A stretch of DNA of 64,000 nt from an uncultured delta proteobacterium (lineage in GTDB: Bacteria; Desulfobacterota; Syntrophia; Syntrophales; Smithellaceae): NCBI GenBank assembly GCA_963762595.1, contig CAVXLI010000011.1, forward strand, positions 98,087 through 162,086, given 5' to 3'. Made by a program: the position numbers and the translations under genes. The notes under the pieces are model-generated. The model saw only the letters and a list, made by a program, of their open reading frames with translations. It was not told the DNA's origin and did no database searches. This document shows, one piece after another, positions 43,742-56,570 of this stretch; the stretch's first letter is position 1; each line of letters opens with the position of its first letter.

Positions 43742-44165
43742 AAATATTTTATATAAGAATAGTTTTGATGTTGAAGGCGGTAATTTTAGTAACGCGGGAA
43801 CTGTTTCCACGCGTATAAAATCGATCCTCAAACAAATAGGGTTACCCGATGACGTCGTTAGGAAATCAGCCATTGTCTGTTATGAATCAGAAATTAATAT
43901 CGTCTCTTACGCTAGAAAAGGAATTATCAATCTTACCGTCACCCCAAAGACTGTCGAGATTGAGGTAATTGATGAAGGACCCGGAATACCCAATATTGAA
44001 TTAGCAATGGAGCAAGGTTATTCCACCGCAAATCAGCAGATAAGAGAAATGGGTTTTGGCGCCGGTATGGGACTCTATAATATCAAATGCTATTCCGACA
44101 AATTCGACATCTCATCGGAAGTGGACAAAGGAACTTTCTTGAAAATGATTATTAACAGCCCATAA
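43698..44165 (+). CDS. GHKL-type ATPase / anti-sigma-factor-like Ser/Thr kinase (RsbW/SpoIIAB-like)
   Basis: EVIDEGPGIPN (G1 box) and GFGAGMGLYNI (G2 box). Probable GTG start at 43728, overlapping the DRTGG-2 stop. Confidence 0.65.
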   Translation: MVAWKKLKITVYATENILYKNSFDVEGGNFSNAGTVSTRIKSILKQIGLPDDVVRKSAIVCYESEINIVSYARKGIINLTVTPKTVEIEVIDEGPGIPNIELAMEQGYSTANQQIREMGFGAGMGLYNIKCYSDKFDISSEVDKGTFLKMIINSP

Positions 44166-44182
44166 CTCCTCAAGGATTTATC

Positions 44183-44524
44183 ATGGATATCGAAACTATT
44201 GCCAAAAAATTAAATTTAAAAGTAAGGTCTGCATCAGACAGACTTAAGAATAATGTTACAGGAGGTTACACGGGAGATCTCTTAAGCGATGTAATGGCAA
44301 ATTCTCACGAGGGAGATATCTGGATAACAAGACAGGTGCACCAAAATATAGTTGCCGTAGCCACTTTGAAAGAACATGCTGGTATAATTCTGGTTAATTC
44401 CTGCGAACCGGCCAAGGACACGCTGGAAAAAGCCGTTAAGGAAAACGTGCCAATCATGGTTTCAAATTTGCCCGCATTTGAGTTAACGGGCAAAATTTAT
44501 AATTTACTGGCAGCAAAAAAATAA
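44183..44524 (+). CDS. DRTGG-domain protein, divergent copy 3
   Basis: 113 aa. GGYTGDLLSDVMANSHEGDIWITRQVHQNIVAVA...IILVNSCEP has the same architecture as copies 1 and 2. Confidence 0.55.
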   Translation: MDIETIAKKLNLKVRSASDRLKNNVTGGYTGDLLSDVMANSHEGDIWITRQVHQNIVAVATLKEHAGIILVNSCEPAKDTLEKAVKENVPIMVSNLPAFELTGKIYNLLAAKK

Positions 44525-44592
44525 TTACCGTACGGCATCTTTATCAGAGCCGCCTGCCTATGGCCATTTTTGGTTAATTCCGGAAAAAGACG

Positions 44593-45340
44593 ATGCTTAA
44601 AGTTTTTAATTGTGATTTTCATATTCACACTTGCCTGTCACCTTGCGCCGAATCTGGATATGCATCCCAAAGCTCTGGTAGAAAAAGCCCTCGAAGCAAA
44701 ACTCGATATCATTGCTATCTGCGATCACAATTCTTCCGAAAACGTTCCTTATGTTATTAAGGCCGCGCGAAGGAAAAAATTTAAAAATATTTCCGGGAAT
44801 GGAAATAACAACAAGCGAAGAAGTGCATCTTTTAGCCCTTTTTGATTCCTTGTCCGATCTCGCCAGAACTGCAAGATATTGTTGTATCAGCATCTGGCAG
44901 GAATAAATGATGAAGAACATTTCGGCGTCCAGGCAATTGTCAACGAAAATGGCGAAGTGGAAGGAATAAACAATAAATTATTAATCGGCGCGACTGATCT
45001 TCCGTTGAATGAATTATTGAATTATTTACATCAACTGAACGGATTAGCCATAGCCGCGCACATTGACAGGGAAAGCTTCAGTGTTTTGAGCCAGCTGGGA
45101 TTTATTGATGAAAAGATGCATTTTGACGCTTTGGAAATAACGCCATCTAACAGGATTTGCGCAAGCGAGGATCAAATATCGGGAACTTGAGCAATTATTC
45201 ATTTATAATTTCGTCCGATGCCCATTATTTAAAAGACATCGGAACGGCGGCAACAAGAATTATCCTTGCAGGAACCATCTTTCGCGGAATTGAAAATGGC
45301 TTTCGCCGGACAAAACGGCCGTCACATTCTGGAGCAATAA
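44593..45340 (+). pseudogene. PHP-domain phosphoesterase, at least three frameshifts
   Basis: FNCDFHIHTCLSPCA, IIAICDHNS, GMEITTSEEVHLLALF, LAIAAHIDRE and SSDAHYLKDIG are spread over three frames. TAA at 45338-45340 overlaps the next ATG. Confidence 0.75.
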
Positions 45341-45857
45341 TGCTGGAGCTTGCCGCACATATTCTCGACATCGCTGAAAATTCCATTCGCGCGGGCGCCG
45401 AAACTAGTGGAAATTGCTATTAACGAAGATTCGGCAAAAGATTTGCTCTCCATAGAAATTAACGATGACGGCAGCGGAATGACAAAAGAAGAAATTAAAA
45501 AAGTTGAAGATCCGTTTTATACGACAAAAACCGTGCGGCGGGTGGGATTGGGAATTCCACTTCTGGCCAACGCCGCCCAAATGGCCGGCGGCAATCTTGA
45601 GACTGAAATCCGCAAAAGGAAAGGGAACAAAACTTACAGCAACCTTTGCACTCAGCCATTTGGACAGGCAACCCATGGGAAATATTACAACGACAATGCT
45701 GATTCTTATTGCCGGAAATTCAGATGTTGATTTTATTTACAAACATAGGCATAATGACCGGCAGTTCACATTGGACACGCGTCAGATACGTAAAGAAATC
45801 GATGATGTACCCATTAATCATCCTGAAATAATTAAAGTATATTCGGGGCGTTATTGA
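45340..45857 (+). pseudogene. second GHKL/histidine-kinase-like ATPase, frameshifted
   Basis: MLELAAHILDIAENSIRAGA, EINDDGSGMTKEE, FYTTK...VGLGIPLL, then KGKGTKLTATFALSH...ILIAGNSDVDFIY in another frame. Confidence 0.7.
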
Positions 45858-45919
45858 CGAAGGACTTCGCGAAATAAAACCTACGGCTTAACTTACCCCG
45901 AAGATCGAGGAGGAATTTG

Positions 45920-46416
45920 ATGAAAGCGGAAGATACATGAACTTTTAAAAGAATTTACACCGGAACAGATAGCCAAGCTCAACAAAATTATTAAAAAACA
46001 CAAAGGCAAACCCGGCGGATTGATTCCGGTGCTGGAAGAAGCGCAAGTGGCTCTGGAATATCTGCCTATGTCCGTGCAAAAAAAGATTGCCACAGAATTA
46101 AATTTGCCTTTGAGCCGTGTTTACGGCGTTGTCACCTTTTACTCATTTTTCACCATGACGCCGCGCGGTAAACACACTGTTCGTGTTTGTCTGGGCACAG
46201 CCTGTTATGTCCGCGGCGGCAAAGCCATTGCTGAAACTCTGCGAAAAAGAATTCGGCATTAAAGAAGGCGAAACCACTCCGGATAGAATGTTCACTCTGG
46301 AAACGATCCGTTGTTTGGGCGCCTGCGGCTTGGGACCTGTGGTTGTTGTGGATGAAGATGTGCATGGCCGCGTAAAGCCAGCCAAAATCAAGGAAATATT
46401 GAGTCAATATAGATAA
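45920..46416 (+). pseudogene. NuoE-like thioredoxin-fold 2Fe-2S subunit (HydC/FdhC type), frameshifted
   Basis: GGLIPVLEEAQ..., VRVCLGTACYVRG and IRCLGACGLGPVVVVDE are spread over frames. ATG at 45920 follows GAGGAGG. Confidence 0.85.
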
Positions 46417-46438
46417 TACATTTTTTGCAAGCAAAAAA

Positions 46439-46838
46439 ATGGAGGAAACGCCAATGGCGAAATTGACTATAGATGATTTAAAAAAAATAAAAGAAAAAGT
46501 GCATAAGGAAATGTCTCTGCGGGATGGCGACCGCCGCGTCAAAGTTACCGTTCATATGGGAACTTGCGGTATCGCTTCCGGCGCCAAAGAAGTTATGGAT
46601 ACATTGCTTGCAGGAAATTGAAGCCGCCGGCGCCAATGACGTTGTCGTAACCACATCGGGTTGTATGGGATTATGCAGCCGCGAACCTTTGGTTACCGTG
46701 GAAATATTAAATCAGGAACCGATAAAATATGAATATATGAATCCCAACAAAATGAGACAGGTTTTTAAAAGACATATTTTGGCGGGAGAAATTCAGACGC
46801 CCTTTGTTTTGGCGAAAGGCTCTGAAGTAATCAAATAA
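46439..46838 (+). pseudogene. thioredoxin-like 2Fe-2S ferredoxin, one frameshift
   Basis: VTVHMGTCGIASGA (46439-46621) and TSGCMGLCSREPLVTV (46524-46838). Confidence 0.8.
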
Positions 46839-46904
46839 TTTTTTCGCCTATCATGCGTTCATATATTGAAAGCATGATAATTTCTTAAGGAGGATGTTGG
46901 CTAA

Positions 46905-49973
<3,069 letters not shown>

Positions 49974-50014
49974 ACCTTATGTGAGCTTATTAAATATTTT
50001 GCAAGGAGCAGGAA

Positions 50015-52723
50015 ATGGAGAAAAAAGTACCTTTAACAATAGATGGAAAAAATGTGGAAGCTTCTGCAGGCCAAACCATCTTGGAATGTGCCAGTGAAAA
50101 CGGCATTTTTATCCCCACCCTTTGCCACTATGGCAAAACAACCAATGTCGGCGCTTGCCGTGTTTGCGTCGTCGAAGTGGAAAACGCCAGATCGCTCGTT
50201 GCCTCATGCTGTATGCCGGTAAGCCCCGGGCATGGTTATCCGCACCAACACAGAAGCGGTGCGCAACGCCCAAAAGATGATTATCGAACTTCTCTGGTCG
50301 TCGGGAGATCATAATTGTCTTACCTGCGAACAAAACGGCCAGTGTGAGTTGCAAAATTTGATTTACTGGTTAAAAATCGAAAAGCCCCGTTTCGAAATCG
50401 AACCTCCGGGTTACGCTCTGGAAGACAACAACACCATGATCCAGCGCGATCTTAACAAATGCATCCTTTGCGGACGCTGTGTTCGCGCCTGCAACGAAAT
50501 TCAGGTCAATGAAGTGCTGGATTTTTCCATGCGCGGTTCACATGCCAAAGTAGGCCCGGCATTTGATGCCGATTACATCAATTCCTCCTGCGTTTTCTGC
50601 GGCGAGTGCCTGCAGGTATGCCCCACCGGAGCCATAACCTTACAAACAGGCGAAATTTGCCGGCCGTCCCTGGGAACTGGAAAAAGTCCGCACCACCTGC
50701 ACTTATTGCGGTGTCGGCTGTCAGATGGATCTTTTTGTTAAAGACGGTCAAATTGTCAAGGTATCGGGAAATCGTGATTACGGAAAACCAAACGAAGGCA
50801 GTCTTTGTGTCAAAGGACGCTTCGGCATGGATTTCATCCAGCATCCTGACCGTCTGAAAAAACCTTTAATCCGGCACAATAAAAATGAGGATTTAAAAGA
50901 AGCCACCTGGGATGAAGCCTACACCTTCATTGCGGATAAACTTTCCTCGATTAAAAAAACAAGCGGCGCCGACAGCATCGCCGGACTTTCTTCGGCCCGC
51001 TGCACCAACGAAGAAAATTATCTTTTCCAGAAATTCATGCGGGCGGTAATCGGCACCAACAATGTCGATCACTGTGCCCGGCTCTGACACTCCGTAACGG
51101 TGGCCGGTCTGGCCGCAACATTCGGCAGTGGAGCAATGACCAATTCCATCGATGAATTGGAATATACCGATTTAATTTTGGCAACAGGCACCAATACCAC
51201 GGAAAATCATCCGGTAATCGGCATGAAAGTCAAACGGGCGGTACGTCAAGCAAGGGACAAAGCTGATCGTCATCGATCCCCGGGAAATTGATTTGGTCAA
51301 ATACGCCGATATCTGGCTGCGCCAGAAACCTGGAACAGATGTTGCTGTTTTCAACGGCCTGATGAATGTTATTATCTCCGAAGATCTTTATGCCAAAGAA
51401 TACGTGGCAGAACGAACCGAAGGATTTGATGCTCTGAAAGCAGCCGTGGAAAAATATACACCGGAATATGTTGAAAAAATTTCCGGCATTCCGGCGGAAG
51501 ATTTGAAAAAAGCGGCCGGTATGTATGCCAAGGCAAAAAGAGCCAGCATTATTTACGCGATGGGCATTACCCAGCATATCAGCGGCACGGATAACGTTAA
51601 AACCATGCGCCAATCTGTCCATGCTTTGCGGCAATGTCGGCATCGAAGGCGGCGGCGTAAATCCTCTGCGCGGTCAGAACAATGTTCAGGGCGCCTGCGA
51701 TATGGGCGGACTGCCCAATGTTTTCCCGGCTTATCAGCAGGTGGCCAATGAAGATGCCCGCAAGAAATTTGAAACGGCCTGGAATGCTAGCTTTATCGGC
51801 AAAGCCCGGCTTGACCATTGGTCGAAATGATGAACGCGGCCGGTAACGGCGAGATTAAAGCGCTTTATATCATGGGTGAAAATCCGCTTCTTTCCGATCC
51901 TGATTTGCATCATGCTAAAGAAGAACTCAAAAAGCTGGATTTGCTTGATTGTCCAGGATATTTTCATGACCGAAACAGCTCAATTAGCCGATGTTGTTTT
52001 GCCGTCGGCCAGTTTTGCCGAAAAGGACGGCACATTCACCAATACGGAACGCCGCGTTCAGCGAATCAGAAAAGTTGTAAACGCTCCGGGAGAAGCCAAA
52101 GCCGGATTGGGAGATCATTGCGGGAATCTCCACGAAAATGGGATATCCGATGAAATATTCTTCGGCGAAGGAAATTTTTGAAGAAATCGCGAAGGTCACA
52201 CCGAGCTACGCGGGAATCAGTTATGAACGTATCGAAAAAGAAGGCATTCAATGGCCTTGTCCCACGGCCGAACATCAGGGAACTAAATTCTTGCATAAAG
52301 ACAGATTTTCGCGAGGGTCTGGGACTCTTCCACGCCATTGAATACATCCCGCCCGCGGAACTTCCCGATAAAGAATATCCCTTCATTCTTTCCACCGGCC
52401 GTGTGCTTTATCACTATCATACAGGCACAATGACCCGCCGCGCTCAAGGACCTAGCGAACGCTATCCGGAGAGTCTGGTAGAAATGAATCCGGCTGATGC
52501 CGACAAATTCGGCATAAGCGAAGGACAAATGATTAAGATAACTTCGCGACGCGGCACGCTGAAAGCCAAAACACATATAACCGAAAAAAGTCCGCGGGGA
52601 ACGATTTTCATGAATTTCCATTTTGCCGAATCGCCGGTTAACATGCTGACCAATCCGGCGCTGGATCCGATAGGCAAGATTCCCGAATACAAAGTCTGCG
52701 CTGTTAAGCTGGAAGCAGCTTAA
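50015..52723 (+). pseudogene. fdhA: NuoG-type formate dehydrogenase catalytic subunit (selenocysteine), many frameshifts
   Basis: N-terminal 2Fe-2S/4Fe-4S domains (GACRVCVVEV, CLTCEQNGQCELQ, CILCGRCVRAC, CVFCGECLQVCP). Mo/W-pterin domain (CTYCGVGCQMD, CVKGRFG). In-frame TGA at 51085-51087 in [30 protein letters not shown]-terminus HYHTGTMTRR...PEYKVCAVKLE. Confidence 0.9.
51085..51116 (+). other. selenocysteine UGA plus a SECIS-like hairpin (FDH 2)
   Basis: TGA at 51085-51087. gtggcc-GGTCT-ggccgc at 51100-51116 is a 6-bp stem with a GGUCU loop. Confidence 0.7.
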
Positions 52724-52767
52724 TGATATAGTTTTAATAAATCTCAATTAAGAAAGGGAAGAAATTT

Positions 52768-54054
52768 ATGGTAAATGAAAATTTGGAAAGCAAGAGATGG
52801 TGGCTTGCTATCGCGGCGGTCGTAATGCAATTGTGCTTGGGAACCGTCTATGCGTGGTCGGTTTTTAAAAAGCCGTTGATGACGACGCACGGTTGGGCGG
52901 AAACACCCACACAACTGGCATTCATAATTTTTATGTTTGTTGTCGGAACATCAGCTGCTTTTGGCGGAACTCTTGTCGATAAAAAAGGCCCCCGTTTTGT
53001 GGCTACAATCGGCGGTATTCTTTTCGGTATCGGCACCCTTCTTTCCGGCTTAGCTGATCAAATGGGAAACGTTTATATTCTTTATCTAGGCTATGGATTA
53101 ATCGGCGGCATCGGTAATGGCTTTTGTTACGTGACGCCTATTGCCACGTTGATTCGCTGGTTTCCCGATAAACGAGGCTTGGTCACCGGTCTCGCGGTTA
53201 TGGGCTTCGGCTTCGGCGCTTTTTTCATGGGACAAATTGCCCCCAAAATGATTATCGCTTATAAGGGCGGATTGACTGCCTCCGGCGTGGCCATGACCTT
53301 CTATATTTGGGGCATTATTTTCCTCATACTCGTAACCGCTGCCGCACAGCTCTACAAAAATCCGCCGCAAGGTTGGCTTCCGGCCGGGTTCAAACCATCG
53401 GCTACTACGGTATCCGCAGCCGACTCCTGTAATTTTGATGTGGCCTGCAAAACCCCTCAGTGGTGGATGCTCTGGTCTATGCTGTTCCTAAATATCTCGG
53501 CTGGTCTTGGTCTGATCTCTCAGATGTCACCCATCGCGCAAGATTTATTTAAACCTATCGCCGACGCCAGCTTAAGTCCTGAAGATCTGGTCAAAGCGCT
53601 GGCTGTCGCCGGCGGCAGTGTTGTCGCCTACTCGGCCATCTTCAACGGACTGGGCCGTCTTTTCTGGGCTAGAGTTTCCGATACAATCGGCAGAAAATCA
53701 GTGTTTGCCATCATGTTCGCTTCACAGGCTGTAATCTACGCGTTGGTCGCGATGGGAATTATTAACGGCTACTATCTGTTCCTTGTGTCCGCTTGCTATC
53801 TTTTGGCCTGCTACGGCGGCGGCTTTGCCACTATGCCTGCCTTTTGCGCCGATTCATTTGGTCCCGGCTACATCGGAAAGTGCTACGGCTTTATGCTTAC
53901 GGCATGGGCCTGCGCCGGCATTGCCGGTCCGCTTGTATTCGCGCAGCTCAACAGATCCATCGCTCTTTATGTTGCCGCGGGGCTACTTGTTGTTGGTTTC
54001 TTCATCGCTCTTGCTTATAAGAGCCCGGATTTAAAGAAAGTCAAGGCAAAGTAA
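52768..54054 (+). CDS. MFS transporter of the oxalate/formate antiporter (OFA) family
   Basis: 428 aa, intact, about 12 TM helices, OFA-like N-terminus (RWWLAIAAVVMQLCLGTVYAWSVF). Directly downstream of FDH 2. Confidence 0.85.
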   Translation: MVNENLESKRWWLAIAAVVMQLCLGTVYAWSVFKKPLMTTHGWAETPTQLAFIIFMFVVGTSAAFGGTLVDKKGPRFVATIGGILFGIGTLLSGLADQMGNVYILYLGYGLIGGIGNGFCYVTPIATLIRWFPDKRGLVTGLAVMGFGFGAFFMGQIAPKMIIAYKGGLTASGVAMTFYIWGIIFLILVTAAAQLYKNPPQGWLPAGFKPSATTVSAADSCNFDVACKTPQWWMLWSMLFLNISAGLGLISQMSPIAQDLFKPIADASLSPEDLVKALAVAGGSVVAYSAIFNGLGRLFWARVSDTIGRKSVFAIMFASQAVIYALVAMGIINGYYLFLVSACYLLACYGGGFATMPAFCADSFGPGYIGKCYGFMLTAWACAGIAGPLVFAQLNRSIALYVAAGLLVVGFFIALAYKSPDLKKVKAK

Positions 54055-54067
54055 ATTATTTTTTAGT

Positions 54068-54198
54068 TATTGAAGCTCTCCGCGGTAAGCCGCGGAGAAG
54101 CTTCGATTCTTAAGGAATAATATTATTCAGTATGCGCTCGCTTACCCCGCCACGCCGTCGGCGTGACTACGGGGAATGCACTCGCTACCGAATTCCAA
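54068..54198. repeat. MITE-like hairpin element, copy B, carrying a nested 44-nt hairpin insertion
   Basis: Same element as 16749-16835, inserted between the transporter stop and its terminator. The extra segment taccccgccacgccgtcggcgtgactacggggaatgcactcgct is flanked by the gcgctcgct/gcactcgct duplication. The paralogous terminator region at 59147-59170 lacks the element. Confidence 0.75.
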
Positions 54199-54202
54199 AT
54201 CA

Positions 54203-54245
54203 AAAGCCCCTTCAGCCTAAAAAGCTGAAGGGGCTTTTATATTTT
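54203..54245 (+). terminator. rho-independent terminator of the OFA transporter gene
   Basis: aaagccccttcagc-ctaaaaa-gctgaaggggcttt (14-bp stem), followed by a T-rich run. Confidence 0.75.
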
Positions 54246-54335
54246 ATAAAAATCATGCCGAAAAAGAAATCAGTCGTAACAGCAATTATAGGGCCGACCT
54301 TTTATTTTTTGTAAAGTTTCAAAAATATTTTTATG

Positions 54336-54384
54336 ATGCGCTGACTACTGACCTGCTTTTCTGATTGGTCAGTAGTCAGCGCAT
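54336..54384. promoter_or_regulatory. perfect 18-bp inverted repeat (candidate operator) abutting a TATAAA box
   Basis: ATGCGCTGACTACTGACC-13 nt-GGTCAGTAGTCAGCGCAT. TATAAA at 54385-54390. ATG of the downstream gene at 54418. Confidence 0.5.
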
Positions 54385-54417
54385 TATAAAAAATACAGAC
54401 CACTAAAGGAGAGACGT

Positions 54418-55332
54418 ATGAAAAAGAATATTATCATTATTTTATCGGTATTAGCTGTAACATTTGTAGTGGGCGCGGCTGTAGTGCAGAGTCAGCCCGG
54501 CAGAGGCAGCTATGGTGGCTACGGCATGGGACCGGGAATGATGGGGGGATATGATTGGGTCGATGTCCCTTCAAAACTACCCGCACCCAAAAGCACAGAA
54601 TGGGTCCAGAAACTCAGCGAGATTCTAACTCTGGAGAAAGAATCTTTAGCTCAATATCAGGCCGATCAGGAAAAATTCAATGCTTATATGCCTTACATGA
54701 TGGTCATTCCCCAGGAAGAGAACCATATCGCCTGGATTGAGCAGCTTTTTGCCGCTTATGGTCTGCCTGCCGATGGGAAGGTGCCCCCGGTTGTGGAGAA
54801 TAAGACATTGACGGAGGCCTACGAACTGAGCAGAAAAATGGAAAGCGACTTACTGCCCCGTTATGAATGGCTCGTAAAGAAGGCCGAGGATCGTGATTCG
54901 GCTCAAGTGCTGAATACCATTCTCATTCAGAGCCGCTGGCATCTGGTAATGTTTGAGCATGCCTTGAGAATGGGCGGTTATGGACCTGGTATGATGGGGG
55001 GATATGGACCCGGATATGGCAGGGGATCTGGCATGATGGGAGGATATGGCGGCTATGGTATGGGACCTGGTATGATGGGCGGCTATTATGGTTATGGCTC
55101 AGGCCGCGGCTATGGACGGCAATATTCCCCAACTGGCAAGACCGTAGATAAGAAGGAAGCCGAGGCCATGATGAAAGATTATTTGAGATCTTCGAGAAAC
55201 CCTAATTTGAAGCTGGGCAAAATAAAAGATGCGGGAAATGCCTTTGAGGCTGAGATACTAACGAAGAAGAACGACATAGTCGATAGGGTTCTCATTGACA
55301 AGGCAACGGGTTACATTAGATCAGCTTACTAA
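54418..55332 (+). CDS. secreted protein with Gly/Met-rich GYGMGPGMMGG repeats flanking a ferritin-like (DUF2202-type) domain, plus a C-terminal PepSY-like module
   Basis: 304 aa with a signal peptide. Repeats at residues about 30-45 and 195-240. Helical middle (IPQEENHIAWIEQLF...RWHLVMFEHAL). C-terminus LKLGKIKDAGNAFEAEILTKKNDIVDRVLIDKATGYIRSAY. Confidence 0.55.
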   Translation: MKKNIIIILSVLAVTFVVGAAVVQSQPGRGSYGGYGMGPGMMGGYDWVDVPSKLPAPKSTEWVQKLSEILTLEKESLAQYQADQEKFNAYMPYMMVIPQEENHIAWIEQLFAAYGLPADGKVPPVVENKTLTEAYELSRKMESDLLPRYEWLVKKAEDRDSAQVLNTILIQSRWHLVMFEHALRMGGYGPGMMGGYGPGYGRGSGMMGGYGGYGMGPGMMGGYYGYGSGRGYGRQYSPTGKTVDKKEAEAMMKDYLRSSRNPNLKLGKIKDAGNAFEAEILTKKNDIVDRVLIDKATGYIRSAY

Positions 55333-55383
55333 GAACACCACAGATCTCCGGATTGACCTTCAACCTTGTTCCAAATTGTTATG

Positions 55384-55435
55384 TTATCCCGGGGGCAGAG
55401 TATAATCGCTGCCTCCGGGATAAAAACGTTTTAAA
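55384..55435 (+). terminator. hairpin terminator (also a TTATCCC...GGGATAA family member)
   Basis: ttatcccgggggcag-agtataatcg-ctgcctccgggataa, followed by aaacgtttt. Confidence 0.55.
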
Positions 55436-55547
55436 ATATGTATGATCCGTTATGGCTTCAGTAAGGAGTTGGATATCTCTTACGAATATAAACATGGTGT
55501 GAATACCATCGTGTTGCCACTTTAATCAACGAGGAGAGGTAAGTTAG

Positions 55548-56125
55548 ATGAAAAACTTAAGCGCGAAGAAAATGATTGCATTGTCACTCATATTGTCGCT
55601 CTTATCATTATCCGTAGTCTATTCCAATGAAAATCCGCCATCCATAAACAAAAGCAATGACCAACAGTTAAAAGAAAAACTAATAGGAATTGACGGGAAA
55701 ACAGCAATGGTAATTGCGAACCAGTGGCGGATGCGTAAAATTGACGTTGTAACTTTTGTTACACCGGATAAGGTAAATTTCAAGTTTAAAGATGGGCGGA
55801 TTATAAGCGTACCGCTGCCTGATGGTGAAATGATAGTTTCAATCGCGCCGTATATCAATAAAACTCACACGTGTGCAACACATTACATGTCGAGTTGTGA
55901 TGCGGAATTGAAGAACACAAAGATAAAAGTAGAAGCCGTTACTGCCGATGGTAAAATCCTGATTAACAAAACCATGAAACAGCGCCGACCGGTTTTCTGG
56001 ATCTTTGGCTGCCCAGAAATGAAGACATTGATTTAACAGTGAGCGCCAAAGGCAAAAGTGCAACCGGAAAAATTTTTACCTATAGAGACAGCAAAACATG
56101 CGAAACAACTCTTAAGCTGGAATAA
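55548..56125 (+). pseudogene. CueP-family periplasmic metal (copper)-binding protein, one frameshift
   Basis: Signal peptide, SIAPYINKTHTCATHYMSSCDAEL. In the shifted frame: GFLDLWLPRNEDIDLTVSAKGKSATGKIFTYRDSKTCETTLKLE (TAA 56123-56125). Confidence 0.6.
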
Positions 56126-56183
56126 TGGAATCAAACTGATTTGATTATTTGTAATATGTAGCCAAGGAAGGAGAAGTGCAGCT

Positions 56184-56510
56184 ATGGAATGGAAAAAAGT
56201 GGTGGCCATTATTCGATCAGATAAGCTGAGAAAGGTGGAAGAGCGTCTGAAAGATCTTCAGGTGGGTGGAATCAGCGTGACGCGCGGGGCAGGCTATGGA
56301 GAGTATGCAAACTTATTATCACAGGACTGGTGTGTGACTCATGCTCGGCTTGAAATATATTGTGAGGCCTCACGAGCGAACGTGATCGGGCAAGCCATTA
56401 TAGATGCAGCACATACCGGGTTGGCAGGAGACGGCATTGTGGTCGTCATTCCAGTAGAAAAGATGTATAGAATCAAAACCAAAGCGGAAGCGAAGTTTGA
56501 AAAAGCATAA
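56184..56510 (+). CDS. P-II (GlnB-like) family signal protein
   Basis: 108 aa. KKVVAIIRSDKLRKVEERLKDLQVGGISVTRGAGYGE...DGIVVVIPVE. Confidence 0.75.
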   Translation: MEWKKVVAIIRSDKLRKVEERLKDLQVGGISVTRGAGYGEYANLLSQDWCVTHARLEIYCEASRANVIGQAIIDAAHTGLAGDGIVVVIPVEKMYRIKTKAEAKFEKA

Positions 56511-56570
56511 GGGGCTTAATTTTTTCCAGAGAGGATACTTTGCGTGATCCCACAGCCATAAAACAGAATC

